A stretch of DNA of 49,604 bases from Fibrobacteria bacterium (GCA_037447435.1 JBBIGR010000039.1:1-49604), one strand, 5' to 3'. Positions 8,791-18,908 are shown, counted from the first letter of the stretch. Notes: generated from the letters alone by a model not told the origin. Program-made: numbers and translations.

Positions 8791-11700
8791 ATGCCAAAAC
8801 CCGATTTACAACGATATTTAGTTTCTTTCCTGCTTCTTTTCCTGTTCGGCGGTGCCATTGTCGGGGAAACGGTAAGCCTTTCCATGGCCGTAACCGTAGC
8901 CGGGTCTTCGGTACTCGGAAAACTGTTTTTGGTAAATGGCGTGCTTCTTTTTTTACTTCCCCCCCTCTTTTTCAACAGGATAGACAAGGTCAATAGGGGA
9001 CGGTTGCTTTCCGTGCAATTGCTCATCGTGGCGATAGTGCTGATTTGCTATATGATAGTATTTACGGTTTTGGGAAACAACAACCTCAAGGCACTTTCTT
9101 TTTGTATACTGATGATTTACCCGTTATCGTATCTCTCCAAAACGACGTTATTCCTCTCGTTTTGGACATTGGCTAACGATATCTATACCACCGATGAGGC
9201 GAAAAAGGAATTCCCCCGTATTGCCGCATGGGGGTTTATCGGCGGCCTCAGCGGCGCATGCGGGGCCCGGTTGCTCCTTGAGGTTTTCGATATTCAAATG
9301 ATACTCGGTCTTTGGGCCATCGCCTACCTTATCGCATATTTTTTTGCCAAAAAAATTACAAAGAAACACAAGTCCCAATTTCTCCATAAGGAATATATCG
9401 AACAGGAAACGACCCGTATTCCACTGTTGCAATCGGCGAAGGCTGTTCTCGGCATCAAACTGATACGGCTCATCGCGATACTGTATTTCTTCGTTTTTAT
9501 CGCGGTATTCATGCAGGATTTTTTGTTTTGGAAAAAAAGCGCCTTGTTCTTTCCAACAGCCAATTCCCTTGCGGCTTTCCAATTCTCCTATTACGTCGCA
9601 TATTCATTTGTCACTATTGCGGGTCTTCGGTTTGTCATGCCTTCGGTGATTGCGCGATGGGGTTTCACGAGGGTGTTTTCATTTTTACCCGTCACCTTAC
9701 TCCTCGGATCGCTCTGCGTGCTGTGCGTAGACCTTGCGGGTGTTGCGACGGGCACGGTCTTCATGTGCTTTCTTGGATATCAATTTTTCCGCTATGTTGT
9801 TTTCGAAAACGCCTTTTCGCCGGTATACCAGATGTTTTTCGCGGCAATTCCAAAAGAAAAACGGGGTAGAGCAAAAACATTTCTTGAGGGTATCGTAAAA
9901 CCCTCTGCAATCATGCTTACCGGCCTTGCACTCATTGCCATGCCGTCTATACCGGCAAACGGAATCCTTGCCTTTATCACGGGAATTTCGGCGTTAATGA
10001 TACTCACCGTTGTCAGAATCCGTAAAACCTATACCGAGGCATTGGTACCCAATTATTCTCAGTATACGCTGCCTGCGGACGTCATTGCGCATATCGGCGG
10101 TTATCACGATCAAAAAATCCTGGCGCTCATCAGCGAGTATTCGCAATCGCATGATAGCGATATCCGAACGATTGCAGTTAAAATCCTTGCATACGAAGGA
10201 TCGCGGGAGTCGTTTACGGTATTTAAAAATATTTTTGAAAAAGAATCCGATTCCGCTGTTAGGGAAATGCTTGCGCGTTATTGCAAATATTTTGCCGGGT
10301 TTGAAATTATGCCCTTGCTCGAAATTATGGTTGCTGACCAGAACCCGCGTATTCGCGCAAACGCCCTCCATTGTTTGAATTCGATCGATACGCCCTGGAA
10401 AAATAAATTTTACGATACGGTCAAGAGTTTATTTTTCGAGGCTCATTTACGGGTACAAATCGAATCGGCGATATATTTATGGCATTCGGGCCAGATCCAT
10501 GAGCGTGAAAACGTCCAGGCATTCCTTAAGTATTTGCTACAGGTCAAGAACACGAACAAACGTTCCGCCGGATTATTTCTTGTCGGAGAAATAAGGCCAG
10601 GCGGCTGGGAAGATATTTTACTCGATCATTTGCATGAATCATCGATGCAGGTTTTTACAAAATGCGTTGAAACCATTATGGCGAACGCGACGGAACAAAC
10701 AAAGCAGCGAACGCTCACCGTAATTGCGACGCTCAGCAGAAAACACATTTCGGTTATGGGGCGCATATTGTCGCAACTCGGAGCAGGGGCTTATGCGACG
10801 ATCATTAACGCAATGGCACAGGATCAGGACAAACGAATGATGGTAGAGCTTGTGCTTGCGGCCCGACAGATTATTGAAACGCATTCGGAGCAAATAAAAG
10901 AACTGGAATTCGAAGGGGAGCAAAGGTCCGCACTCAGTTCATGGATAATAAATGAATTGGCAACTATCTACAAGGACGCGTACATATGGACAAAATTTTC
11001 GCTGCAGGGTGATTGCAGCCATGCATGCAGAAACGCGGTCTGCTATTTGGAACAGGCGTTAGTCGATCAGCATGCGAAGATTTGCGATTGGGCGCTCGAC
11101 GTCGTGGCGTTGCTCGATAAACAGGGCGTAATGGCAACGGTCCGCCGGGATCTTGACATGAGGGAGCCGTCCCAAAGAAACGACATGATCGAACTTCTTG
11201 AAGCATTTGCTCCGCCGGACATCGGATCGCTTATCATACCGATTTTACGGTCAAATTCACTTGCACACCTTGCGAAAGTGGGCAACGGCTATTTTAATTT
11301 TGATGATAAAAATTTGCCCATCACTATAGATCATTTCGTATCCTCTCAAAGTCATTGGATTTGCATTTGCGCCCTCTATTGTGTTTGGCAAAAAGAAAAC
11401 GGCTATGGACTTGTTTTAGAGAACAAGTCTATCCTGCAACGTATATATAATGAAAAAAGTTCGCCGGTTGTCCCGATTGCGGCGGCTTTGCTGCATTTGG
11501 TTTCGGAAAATAAGGAGATGAGTATGGAGCCGTTTGATCTTTTGGAGCAGGTAATGTCCTTGAAAAAAACGCAACTTTTCAGGAATGTGCCTGCCGAAAA
11601 GCTCATAGATTTGGCCGGCATAAGCAAACGCCTTTCTTATAAGAAGGGAACGCTGATTTCGCGGGAAGGAGAGCTGTCGGACCACCTTTATATAGTGGCC

Positions 11701-12018
11701 AAAGGAAGTTTGAAAATTGTTAAGATAAAGAGCAATGTAAAAACTATTTTAACTATTATAGAAAAAGGCGATACCTACGGTGAAATAGGGCTTTTCAACC
11801 AGGCTCCGCGTTCGGCTTCCGCCATTGCGGATTCCGATTGCGATCTGTGGGTGATTCAGAGGAGTGCGTTAAAAAAACTCTTGCTCGAAATGCCTGACAT
11901 AGCCTATAATCTCTTAGAGGTGTTCAGCGAAAAACTGAAGAAAAGCGGCGACGAGGTTGCCGAATTGAAAACCGGTTTTTCGGGCAATAAAAAAGAATTA
12001 ACAATAGACGAAGTATAA
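8791..12018 (+). CDS. NTT/TLC-like (Npt1/Npt2, MFS-fold) transporter with HEAT repeats and C-terminal cyclic-nucleotide-binding domain
   Basis: About 12 TM N-terminal region with FWTLANDIY...EAKK.F and R.RAKTFLEGIVK NTT-like motifs; HEAT-like repeats (DQNPRIRANAL); cNMP domain LKKTQLF...ISREGE.SD.LY.V..G...GEIGLFNQAPRSASA. An alternative start at 8740 is possible. Confidence 0.85.
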   Translation: MPKPDLQRYLVSFLLLFLFGGAIVGETVSLSMAVTVAGSSVLGKLFLVNGVLLFLLPPLFFNRIDKVNRGRLLSVQLLIVAIVLICYMIVFTVLGNNNLKALSFCILMIYPLSYLSKTTLFLSFWTLANDIYTTDEAKKEFPRIAAWGFIGGLSGACGARLLLEVFDIQMILGLWAIAYLIAYFFAKKITKKHKSQFLHKEYIEQETTRIPLLQSAKAVLGIKLIRLIAILYFFVFIAVFMQDFLFWKKSALFFPTANSLAAFQFSYYVAYSFVTIAGLRFVMPSVIARWGFTRVFSFLPVTLLLGSLCVLCVDLAGVATGTVFMCFLGYQFFRYVVFENAFSPVYQMFFAAIPKEKRGRAKTFLEGIVKPSAIMLTGLALIAMPSIPANGILAFITGISALMILTVVRIRKTYTEALVPNYSQYTLPADVIAHIGGYHDQKILALISEYSQSHDSDIRTIAVKILAYEGSRESFTVFKNIFEKESDSAVREMLARYCKYFAGFEIMPLLEIMVADQNPRIRANALHCLNSIDTPWKNKFYDTVKSLFFEAHLRVQIESAIYLWHSGQIHERENVQAFLKYLLQVKNTNKRSAGLFLVGEIRPGGWEDILLDHLHESSMQVFTKCVETIMANATEQTKQRTLTVIATLSRKHISVMGRILSQLGAGAYATIINAMAQDQDKRMMVELVLAARQIIETHSEQIKELEFEGEQRSALSSWIINELATIYKDAYIWTKFSLQGDCSHACRNAVCYLEQALVDQHAKICDWALDVVALLDKQGVMATVRRDLDMREPSQRNDMIELLEAFAPPDIGSLIIPILRSNSLAHLAKVGNGYFNFDDKNLPITIDHFVSSQSHWICICALYCVWQKENGYGLVLENKSILQRIYNEKSSPVVPIAAALLHLVSENKEMSMEPFDLLEQVMSLKKTQLFRNVPAEKLIDLAGISKRLSYKKGTLISREGELSDHLYIVAKGSLKIVKIKSNVKTILTIIEKGDTYGEIGLFNQAPRSASAIADSDCDLWVIQRSALKKLLLEMPDIAYNLLEVFSEKLKKSGDEVAELKTGFSGNKKELTIDEV

Positions 12019-12048
12019 TACAGACACATTAAACCAACAGGAGGATGT

Positions 12049-13536
12049 ATGAAGGTGCGGATCGTACTTAGTAGTTTGCTTGTTGCCGCAGTTTCACTGA
12101 TGATGGTGGGCTGCATTGGTTCGAAAAAGGCCCCGCAGGAATTCACTGTTCTCATCAGAATGATGCCCGCGCAACAGCGGTATTTCGAACAGGAAATCGT
12201 TGCAAAGTTCAATAAATTGCACAATTGCAAAATCTCGGTCGCGACGTTTACCAACCAATGGGACATCGAACGGTTCCTAAAGCTCGATGCGGGCAAGAAA
12301 AAACCCGAAATAGGACTTGTCAAGACTCCGTTCGAGGTAACACGCGTTTTGGTGTACAAGGGCTATATGCAGCCGCTTACCAATGTGACCGATTCCATTC
12401 AGGTCATGCAGGATCTGGCTGAATATCATCAGTTGGCTACCGGACTCGGATTCATCGACGGTCAGCCGTATTATATCCCGCGCAAACTCGAAACGCGCGT
12501 CATGTTTTATCGCCCTTCTATGGTTGCCGATGCGGTATCCAAATTCGACAAATACAAGAAAGCGATTGCCGAAGAACTTAAAAAACAAAACGCAGTCGGC
12601 TTGCCAAAGGATTATGCTCTTGAAGCCGATCCCAAAGAATGGGACTTGTACGATCTCTTCGTGGTCGGGTATATATGGTCGCATGAAACGTATAACGGCG
12701 TGAAAATGGCCCGTATCGCCCATCGCGGCGCAAAGTACGAAGGAACCGCACTCGACATAGTCGACCGTGCGCTACAGCTCGGCGCAACGCATCAGGACGT
12801 ACTCACCCTCGGCGATAAAACGTCCCAGGCTCTTTTGTGGGAAAACGTTTTTATCCGCAATGGCCTTTACAATCAAGGAATGTGGCAGGACCCGTGGAGA
12901 GGTTCCGATTTGTATAACGGCATCAAAGACGGCAAAGTGTTCCTGACGTTCCTGCAGCAGATCGATTGCTTTAACGTTCACGGCTGGGCCGACGATCCCG
13001 GAATGCCCACGTATTTGCCCGATGTTAAGGACATGGGGCTTTGCCTTCAGCCGAAAGCGGTATCATTCGACCTTACCGCGCAAGGGCAAAGCGTGTTCGA
13101 GGGCTCTCGTGCGATTTCGACCGGCGGTTGGTGGTGGGGAATTCCCAAAACAAGCCCGAACGCAAAACTTGCCTATGAATTCGCCCGTTTCGTGACCGAT
13201 CGCGAAAATCAGGCAAAAGAATGTTCGAAATTCGGCATGATCCCGGTTCGTAAAGATATTCTCCTCAATTTGCCCGAAGTGTTCGACGAAGGCTGGGTAG
13301 GGGATATTTTCAAAACTTCGGTTGAACAGGTCAAAATAAACGAGTTGACCACTGTTCCACTCGTCAAGGCATATCCCGAAGTTGCCAAGAATATTATAGA
13401 CGCGTGGTATAAGCTTTGCGTCGAATACGATGCGAAGAAAGACGGCGTCATGAACGGACCGGCAATGAAGCAAAAACTTGAAAAAGATTTCTTGCCGGCA
13501 CAGAAACAGGCCCTTGGCGCCGAATATCCGAAGTAA
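12049..13536 (+). CDS. ABC transporter extracellular solute-binding lipoprotein (carbohydrate-type)
   Basis: RBS AGGAGG; lipobox MVGC; GGWWWGIPKTSPN..LAYEF motif typical of sugar SBPs; precedes two permeases and an ATPase. Confidence 0.85.
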   Translation: MKVRIVLSSLLVAAVSLMMVGCIGSKKAPQEFTVLIRMMPAQQRYFEQEIVAKFNKLHNCKISVATFTNQWDIERFLKLDAGKKKPEIGLVKTPFEVTRVLVYKGYMQPLTNVTDSIQVMQDLAEYHQLATGLGFIDGQPYYIPRKLETRVMFYRPSMVADAVSKFDKYKKAIAEELKKQNAVGLPKDYALEADPKEWDLYDLFVVGYIWSHETYNGVKMARIAHRGAKYEGTALDIVDRALQLGATHQDVLTLGDKTSQALLWENVFIRNGLYNQGMWQDPWRGSDLYNGIKDGKVFLTFLQQIDCFNVHGWADDPGMPTYLPDVKDMGLCLQPKAVSFDLTAQGQSVFEGSRAISTGGWWWGIPKTSPNAKLAYEFARFVTDRENQAKECSKFGMIPVRKDILLNLPEVFDEGWVGDIFKTSVEQVKINELTTVPLVKAYPEVAKNIIDAWYKLCVEYDAKKDGVMNGPAMKQKLEKDFLPAQKQALGAEYPK

Positions 13537-13548
13537 CCCTTTGTAAAC

Positions 13549-14451
13549 ATGCTTCGTGCGTGGTTTAATCGACAGGGGAAAACAATCAAACAGATATGGC
13601 CGCTGCTTCCTGCAGCGGCCTATCTTTTGGGGTTCCTTGTCATTGTCTGCGCGTATCTGATCGGGCTTACTTTTTCCACCGAAACCTCCCCGGGTCATTT
13701 TCTTTTTCCGTCGATGCATACGCTGTCCACAATATTTACAGGTAAGCAATTTTCAAAGGCGTTGATCAATACGGTGGCTTTCGTTTTGGTCGGGACGCCG
13801 CTCGAAATCGTTTCAGGGTTTTTCCTGGCAATTATTCTATACAACAGCTTCAAGTTTCGAAGCATTATTCGCGGGTTGTTCCTTATTCCGCTCGCCTTGC
13901 CGGCGCTTGTTACGGCAACCCTGCTTTTTATCCTTTTCGATTTTCCCGGCGGGCATATCAATCATTTGCTTATGGGGAAATACGCCGTGTTTCCGCAAGT
14001 TATTTCGCATCCTATCGATTGGCGGGGTTCCCGTTTTTTTGCATTGGGCATTTCACTATTGGGCAAGGCATGGCGCGATGCACCTATTTCAATGCTTATT
14101 TTACTCTCGGGACTAAACGCCATAGATCCAGAAATACTCGACGCTGCCAAAACCATGGGCGCTGGTCTTCGGCGAAGAATTTGGCACGTCATATTGCCCC
14201 TTATGATTCCGTCGCTGTCGGCCGTATTGCTGCTTCGCTCGATCGAGATGTGGAAAGAATTCATATTTCCCTTTATTCTGGCAGGTAAATATGGCCTGCT
14301 CGGAACGCTCATAGAGTCATTGTATAACGATTGGGGAAATTCGAACCAGGCTGCGGCCGTTGCACTTATTTTGGTATTGTGCATCGTGTTTTCGACCTTA
14401 CTGTTTTTGTGGGTTATGGAGATTTTAAAAAAGAAAGTATTAAAGGTGTAG
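13549..14451 (+). CDS. Carbohydrate ABC transporter permease (MalF/UgpA-like)
   Basis: Hydrophobic; EAA loop LSGLNAIDPEILDAAKTMGA. Confidence 0.9.
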   Translation: MLRAWFNRQGKTIKQIWPLLPAAAYLLGFLVIVCAYLIGLTFSTETSPGHFLFPSMHTLSTIFTGKQFSKALINTVAFVLVGTPLEIVSGFFLAIILYNSFKFRSIIRGLFLIPLALPALVTATLLFILFDFPGGHINHLLMGKYAVFPQVISHPIDWRGSRFFALGISLLGKAWRDAPISMLILLSGLNAIDPEILDAAKTMGAGLRRRIWHVILPLMIPSLSAVLLLRSIEMWKEFIFPFILAGKYGLLGTLIESLYNDWGNSNQAAAVALILVLCIVFSTLLFLWVMEILKKKVLKV

Positions 14452-14455
14452 GCCG

Positions 14456-15307
14456 ATGCCTCTTGCAAAATCGTCATTTCTCAAGAAACGGGCAAAAGGC
14501 CTGGTGTGGGTCGCCAGCATCCTGTTTTCCGTCGCGCTCGTCGTGGTGCCCGTTTACCTGCTTGTCAAATATTCGGTGTCCGACAGCGGAAGCATCAACA
14601 CCGGCGGTGCTCCCATACCGCTTTGGCCCTACGCGCCGACGCTTCGGAGTTTTACATATCTGTTTACCGAAAGTCAATTTTACGGCGTCATAGTAAACAG
14701 TATAATCATTGCCCTGGCAACCGTCTTTTGTTCCATGTTGCTGGGAGTGCCCGCCGCCTATGTTCTTGGCCGGTACAGAGTTCCATTTAGGCGGACCATG
14801 CTTTTGGGCCTTATTTCCGTTCGGCTATTTCCCGATATTTCATCGGTTATTCCCATTACCGAATTTTTCATCCGGTTCGGGCTCCAAAATTCCTATCTCG
14901 GAGCCGTTTTGGGCCATACGCTTTTGGCGTTACCCTATGTCATATTCATCGGCATGAGCGCCTTTGAGTCCATTCCATCGGACTTGGAGCAGCAGGCGCA
15001 AGTCATGGGCGCCGGAGGGTTCACGATATTTTTCAAGATATTATTGCCGTTGTCAATTCCCGGTTTAATTGCGGCCGCGATTTATACGTTTTTATTGTCG
15101 TGGGATGAATTTATTTTTTCTTATTTCCTTTTGGGGCTTGGCAAAATCTCGACGCTGACGTTGTTTTTGCGGCAAAAGCTTGCGTATGCGCCGCCGCAAA
15201 ATCTGTTGGCCGCCATTTCCGTTTTCATCAGCGTTCCGGTCATTGCATTTTCTTTGGCGTTGCAGAAATATATGACTGCAGGGTACACCTCCGGATCGGT
15301 AAAGTAG
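14456..15307 (+). CDS. Carbohydrate ABC transporter permease (MalG/UgpE-like)
   Basis: FESIPSDLEQQAQVMGA EAA loop; FLLSWDEFIF motif. Confidence 0.9.
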   Translation: MPLAKSSFLKKRAKGLVWVASILFSVALVVVPVYLLVKYSVSDSGSINTGGAPIPLWPYAPTLRSFTYLFTESQFYGVIVNSIIIALATVFCSMLLGVPAAYVLGRYRVPFRRTMLLGLISVRLFPDISSVIPITEFFIRFGLQNSYLGAVLGHTLLALPYVIFIGMSAFESIPSDLEQQAQVMGAGGFTIFFKILLPLSIPGLIAAAIYTFLLSWDEFIFSYFLLGLGKISTLTLFLRQKLAYAPPQNLLAAISVFISVPVIAFSLALQKYMTAGYTSGSVK

Positions 15308-15314
15308 GTACAAA

Positions 15315-16436
15315 ATGTCGGCCGTTGTTCTTAATAATATTTGTAAACGTCTCGGTACCAATCAGGTCATTAACGGGTTGAGTCTGGATGTCAAGGACGG
15401 GGAATTCGTCACGCTTTTGGGCCCGTCGGGTTGCGGAAAAACGACACTGCTGCGGATGATCGCCGGTTTGGAGGAAATAGACAAAGGGGATCTATATATC
15501 GGGGACAAGCGCTGCAACGATATTCCGTCCCAAAACCGTAATTTGGCTATGGTTTTCCAAAGTTATGCGCTTTTTCCGCATATGACAGTCGCCGATAATA
15601 TCCGTTTCGGCCTTAAAATCAACAAAACACCGCCCGATGTCATACAAAAAAAGCTGACATGGGCTCTCGATATGTTTAGTTTGGCGGGTTTGGAAAAACG
15701 TCTGCCGCGTAATATTTCGGGCGGACAGCGTCAACGCGTGGCGCTCGCACGTGCCCTGGTGCTCGAACCTAACGTACTGCTTTTGGATGAACCGTTGTCT
15801 AACCTCGATACCGCGCTCCGTGAACTTGCTATGGAAGAATTGAAGCGTATTCATCATCAGGTGGGGAAAACGGTCATATACGTGACGCACAATCAAGTCG
15901 AGGCCATGACCATGAGCGAACGTATCGCGGTGCTCAATAGCGGCGTATGCGAGCAATACGACACGCCGCGTATGGTTTACGATATGCCGCGTACCTTGTT
16001 TGCCGCGGCGTTTATCGGCAGTCCGGCAATGAATTTTTTCGACGGTACCGTTATTATTCGAGAGGAAGATGCAGGTGTCGATACGCCGCTGGGATTCATA
16101 CGTATCGATAAAGACCGTTTCGGGCTTGCCCAAAAGTTTGTCGGAAAATTCGTCAGAGTCGGTATTCGGCCGCAAAATATCGCCTATGTCGAACACCGGG
16201 AATCAAAACGGTATTCCGATACAACGGTAACCGTGGAAGTCGAATTAGTGGAAACGCTGGGCGACAGAAGCTTAGTCATATCTCGCGGGAATCAAGACAC
16301 TAAATTGCGGTTTCTTATCGCGCGCGACATCACGTTGCAAATAGGTCAAAAACTGGATATGTTTTTAGACGGCCGCAGGATATTGCTTTTTGATCAGGAA
16401 ACAACCCTCAATATTTTCTCAGAGCCAAAAATATGA
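15315..16436 (+). CDS. Carbohydrate ABC transporter ATP-binding protein (MalK/UgpC-like)
   Basis: Walker A GPSGCGKTT, Q-loop MVFQSYALFPH, signature ISGGQRQR, Walker B LLLDEPLSNLD, FIGSPAMN, C-terminal TOBE-like region. Confidence 0.95.
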   Translation: MSAVVLNNICKRLGTNQVINGLSLDVKDGEFVTLLGPSGCGKTTLLRMIAGLEEIDKGDLYIGDKRCNDIPSQNRNLAMVFQSYALFPHMTVADNIRFGLKINKTPPDVIQKKLTWALDMFSLAGLEKRLPRNISGGQRQRVALARALVLEPNVLLLDEPLSNLDTALRELAMEELKRIHHQVGKTVIYVTHNQVEAMTMSERIAVLNSGVCEQYDTPRMVYDMPRTLFAAAFIGSPAMNFFDGTVIIREEDAGVDTPLGFIRIDKDRFGLAQKFVGKFVRVGIRPQNIAYVEHRESKRYSDTTVTVEVELVETLGDRSLVISRGNQDTKLRFLIARDITLQIGQKLDMFLDGRRILLFDQETTLNIFSEPKI

Positions 16437-16798
16437 AAATCCGATCTTTACGGTTAACACGGTTTCGTACGGTACATACGTTATTCATTGCGGCATTGCT
16501 GCTTCTTTGCATGGGTTGCGGAGGAGAAAAACCCGAAATCATCAAATCGAAGCTCGATGCGATCATTGCATCGGACTTTAAGGCGCTTCTTGCCGAATTG
16601 CCTCAAAAAAGCCATAGCGATTCGGTGCATTTTGTGTGCAGGGAATATACGACATTTAAAAAAGGGCCGTATCGGGTCAAGGCGGTTGTCGATTTTTATT
16701 ACCTTCGCGACGTGAATGTCAAGCGAACCGTCAAATACCGGTATGTCAAAAGCGCAGGTCAATGGGAACGATACGACAATGAATATGTCTATTATTAA
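16433..16798 (+). CDS. Hypothetical lipoprotein
   Basis: ATGA overlap with the ATPase gene; basic N-terminus, hydrophobic stretch and lipobox CMGC. Confidence 0.75.
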   Translation: MKIRSLRLTRFRTVHTLFIAALLLLCMGCGGEKPEIIKSKLDAIIASDFKALLAELPQKSHSDSVHFVCREYTTFKKGPYRVKAVVDFYYLRDVNVKRTVKYRYVKSAGQWERYDNEYVYY

Positions 16799-17864
16799 AC
16801 GGTATCGCGCAAATGCTTTTTTCTCCCTGATTTTGCTGCCTGTTTTTTTTCTGGCGCATAGTGTGCATGCTGTTGCCACGCTTCCCGAAGAAATGCATGC
16901 ACTGGCAATGGCAAGCATCGATTTTGTTTACAAAGAAAAATACAAATCCGCCGAGGATGAGGCGAAAAAACTCATAAAAAAATATCCCGACCATCCTGCA
17001 GGGTATTTTTTTTATGCCGCCGCGCTCATGTCGTGGATGGCCTTTTACGAATCGAATTCCCGCGAAGACGAATTCTACCGCATGTGCGACGCGGCCATAG
17101 AAAAAGGCGAGATAATTCAAAGTAAAGATCCGTCCGACTATTGGGCGGTGTTTTTTCTGGGCGGTGCCGACGGTGCAAAAGGCACCTACGAATCGCGCTA
17201 CGAAAAATGGATAACCTCGTTTCGTCACGGATGGAAAGGCGTTTCGACCCTGCAGGGACTTTTAAAAAAGAATCCCGATTTAAAAGACATTTATTACGGA
17301 CTTGGAATGTACGATTATTGGCGCAGCGCCTTGACAAAGATATTATGGTGGATGCCGGGAATAGAAAATAAAATCGAAATCGGTATGAAGGAAATGAGCA
17401 TTGCCAAGAATGAAGGCGTCTACACGAGTATTGCTGCGAGCGCCAATTTGATTCCGATTATGGTCAATGAAAAGCATTATACCGAGGCCATAGCGCTCTC
17501 CGATGAAATGCTCTTAAAATATCCCGGATCTTTGGTGTTTTGCTGGGGGAAGGGTGAGGCGCTGTTTGCTTTGGCCAAGTATGAAGACGCAGAGCAAGTG
17601 TTTAAATATATACTCGGACGCGTCGAAGCCGAGCCATTCGATAATCATTATAATGCCGCAATTTGCCATATATGGCTCGCAAAAATCTATCTGAAAACTA
17701 AACGCTATACCCAGGCAATTGCGGAATGCAATAGAATGGGATATTACAAATTCGATGACGATGTTAAAAAAAGGCTCGATAAACAATTCGCCGAGGCGAC
17801 AAAAGTCAAGGAACAGGCAATGGCCGCGAATCTGAAGAATTCAGGTGCGGAATTTGTTCCGTAA
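16785..17864 (+). CDS. Exported TPR protein
   Basis: Signal peptide (FFSLILLPVFFLAHSVHA); TPR-like helices (YPDHPAGYF, NPDLKDIYYGLG, GEALFALAKYEDAE); overlaps the upstream gene end; start may be 16779. Confidence 0.8.
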   Translation: MSIIKRYRANAFFSLILLPVFFLAHSVHAVATLPEEMHALAMASIDFVYKEKYKSAEDEAKKLIKKYPDHPAGYFFYAAALMSWMAFYESNSREDEFYRMCDAAIEKGEIIQSKDPSDYWAVFFLGGADGAKGTYESRYEKWITSFRHGWKGVSTLQGLLKKNPDLKDIYYGLGMYDYWRSALTKILWWMPGIENKIEIGMKEMSIAKNEGVYTSIAASANLIPIMVNEKHYTEAIALSDEMLLKYPGSLVFCWGKGEALFALAKYEDAEQVFKYILGRVEAEPFDNHYNAAICHIWLAKIYLKTKRYTQAIAECNRMGYYKFDDDVKKRLDKQFAEATKVKEQAMAANLKNSGAEFVP

Positions 17865-17915
17865 TTTTGTCGTTTCTTTTAAAATTGCTACCAAGTATTT
17901 TATTTGCTCCGCATC

Positions 17916-17988
<73 letters not shown>

Positions 17989-17993
17989 CTCTT

Positions 17994-18048
17994 AAGCCCT
18001 TATAATTGCCTGTTTTTGCGAAGATTAGGCATTTATAAGGGTTTTTTT
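17994..18048 (+). terminator. Intrinsic terminator after tRNA-Thr
   Basis: AAGCCCTTATAATTGCCT ... AGGCATTTATAAGGGTTT imperfect long stem followed by a T-run. Confidence 0.7.
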
Positions 18049-18098
18049 ATTGGGAGGTTTCCAGAAGATTTCATGTTTTCGCCATTTATTATTTTTAT

Positions 18099-18146
18099 CT
18101 ACCATAGATTGTGGCAAAAAAAGTATACTAATACCATATAGTGAGT
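18099..18146 (+). promoter_or_regulatory. Tandem NrdR boxes
   Basis: CTACCATAGATTGTGG (18099-18114) and ATACCATATAGTGAGT (18131-18146) both resemble the acaCwAtATaTwGtgt consensus; starts are 32 bp apart; they lie directly upstream of nrdR. Confidence 0.75.
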
Positions 18147-18182
18147 ACGCGCATACCTGTTATTTCACAAGGAGTTATCTCG

Positions 18183-18668
18183 ATGAAATGCCCCTACTGC
18201 GGACATGAGGAAGACAAAGTCGTCGATTCAAGGGCCAGTAAAGAGGGTCAGGCGGTACGTCGGCGGCGCGAATGTTTGCAATGTGAGAAACGGTTTACAA
18301 CGTATGAGTACATAGAGACCGTACCGCTTACGATCATCAAAAACGACCAGCGTCGCGAACCGTACGACAGGCAAAAACTTTTGGGCGGTATAATTTCAGC
18401 GTGCAAAAAGCGGCCGGTTTCCATGGAGAAAGTACACGCGATAATTGACAAAATAGAGGATCAGATTCAAAAGCTCTCGAAGACCGAAATTCCGAGTAAG
18501 GAAATCGGCAACCTGGTCATGAACGAATTGTATCAAATCGACGAGGTTGCCTATGTCCGTTTTGCGTCTGTCTACCGGAAGTTTAAAGACAAGGGCGAGT
18601 TCGTTGCCGAAGTCAAAGAGCTTGCGGCGAAAAACGAACCGACCCACGTCAAAGAAAAAAGCAGGTAG
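18183..18668 (+). CDS. nrdR: Transcriptional repressor NrdR
   Basis: MKCPYCG...VVDSR...VRRRREC..C.KRFTTYE zinc ribbon, ATP-cone, DEVAYVRFASVYR.F; RBS AAGGAG. Confidence 0.97.
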   Translation: MKCPYCGHEEDKVVDSRASKEGQAVRRRRECLQCEKRFTTYEYIETVPLTIIKNDQRREPYDRQKLLGGIISACKKRPVSMEKVHAIIDKIEDQIQKLSKTEIPSKEIGNLVMNELYQIDEVAYVRFASVYRKFKDKGEFVAEVKELAAKNEPTHVKEKSR

Positions 18669-18692
18669 CCCGCATTCTGTTGGCGCGAGGGG

Positions 18693-18908
18693 TCAGTCGC
18701 AGCGGATGACGTTTCCCGACGCATTGGTTTCGTCAAAAAAGTCTTCCTTAAAATAGAAAAAACCCTGATCGTCGTTCGAATAAAATTCGGCCGCCTCTTC
18801 ATTGAAGAATGAACGCAGGGCCGTGTCTTGATCTTGACCTTCGATAATGCGATGCCGCAAGGGGCTTGTTTTAGACGGTACGATGAACGCTATTGAGAAT
18901 TTGGACAT
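18693..18908 (-). CDS. Small acidic hypothetical protein (71 aa)
   Basis: RBS GGAGG upstream of the ATG at 18908; fills the gap between nrdR (convergent) and dacB (divergent); protein-like sequence. Confidence 0.7.
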   Translation of the reverse strand: MSKFSIAFIVPSKTSPLRHRIIEGQDQDTALRSFFNEEAAEFYSNDDQGFFYFKEDFFDETNASGNVIRCD

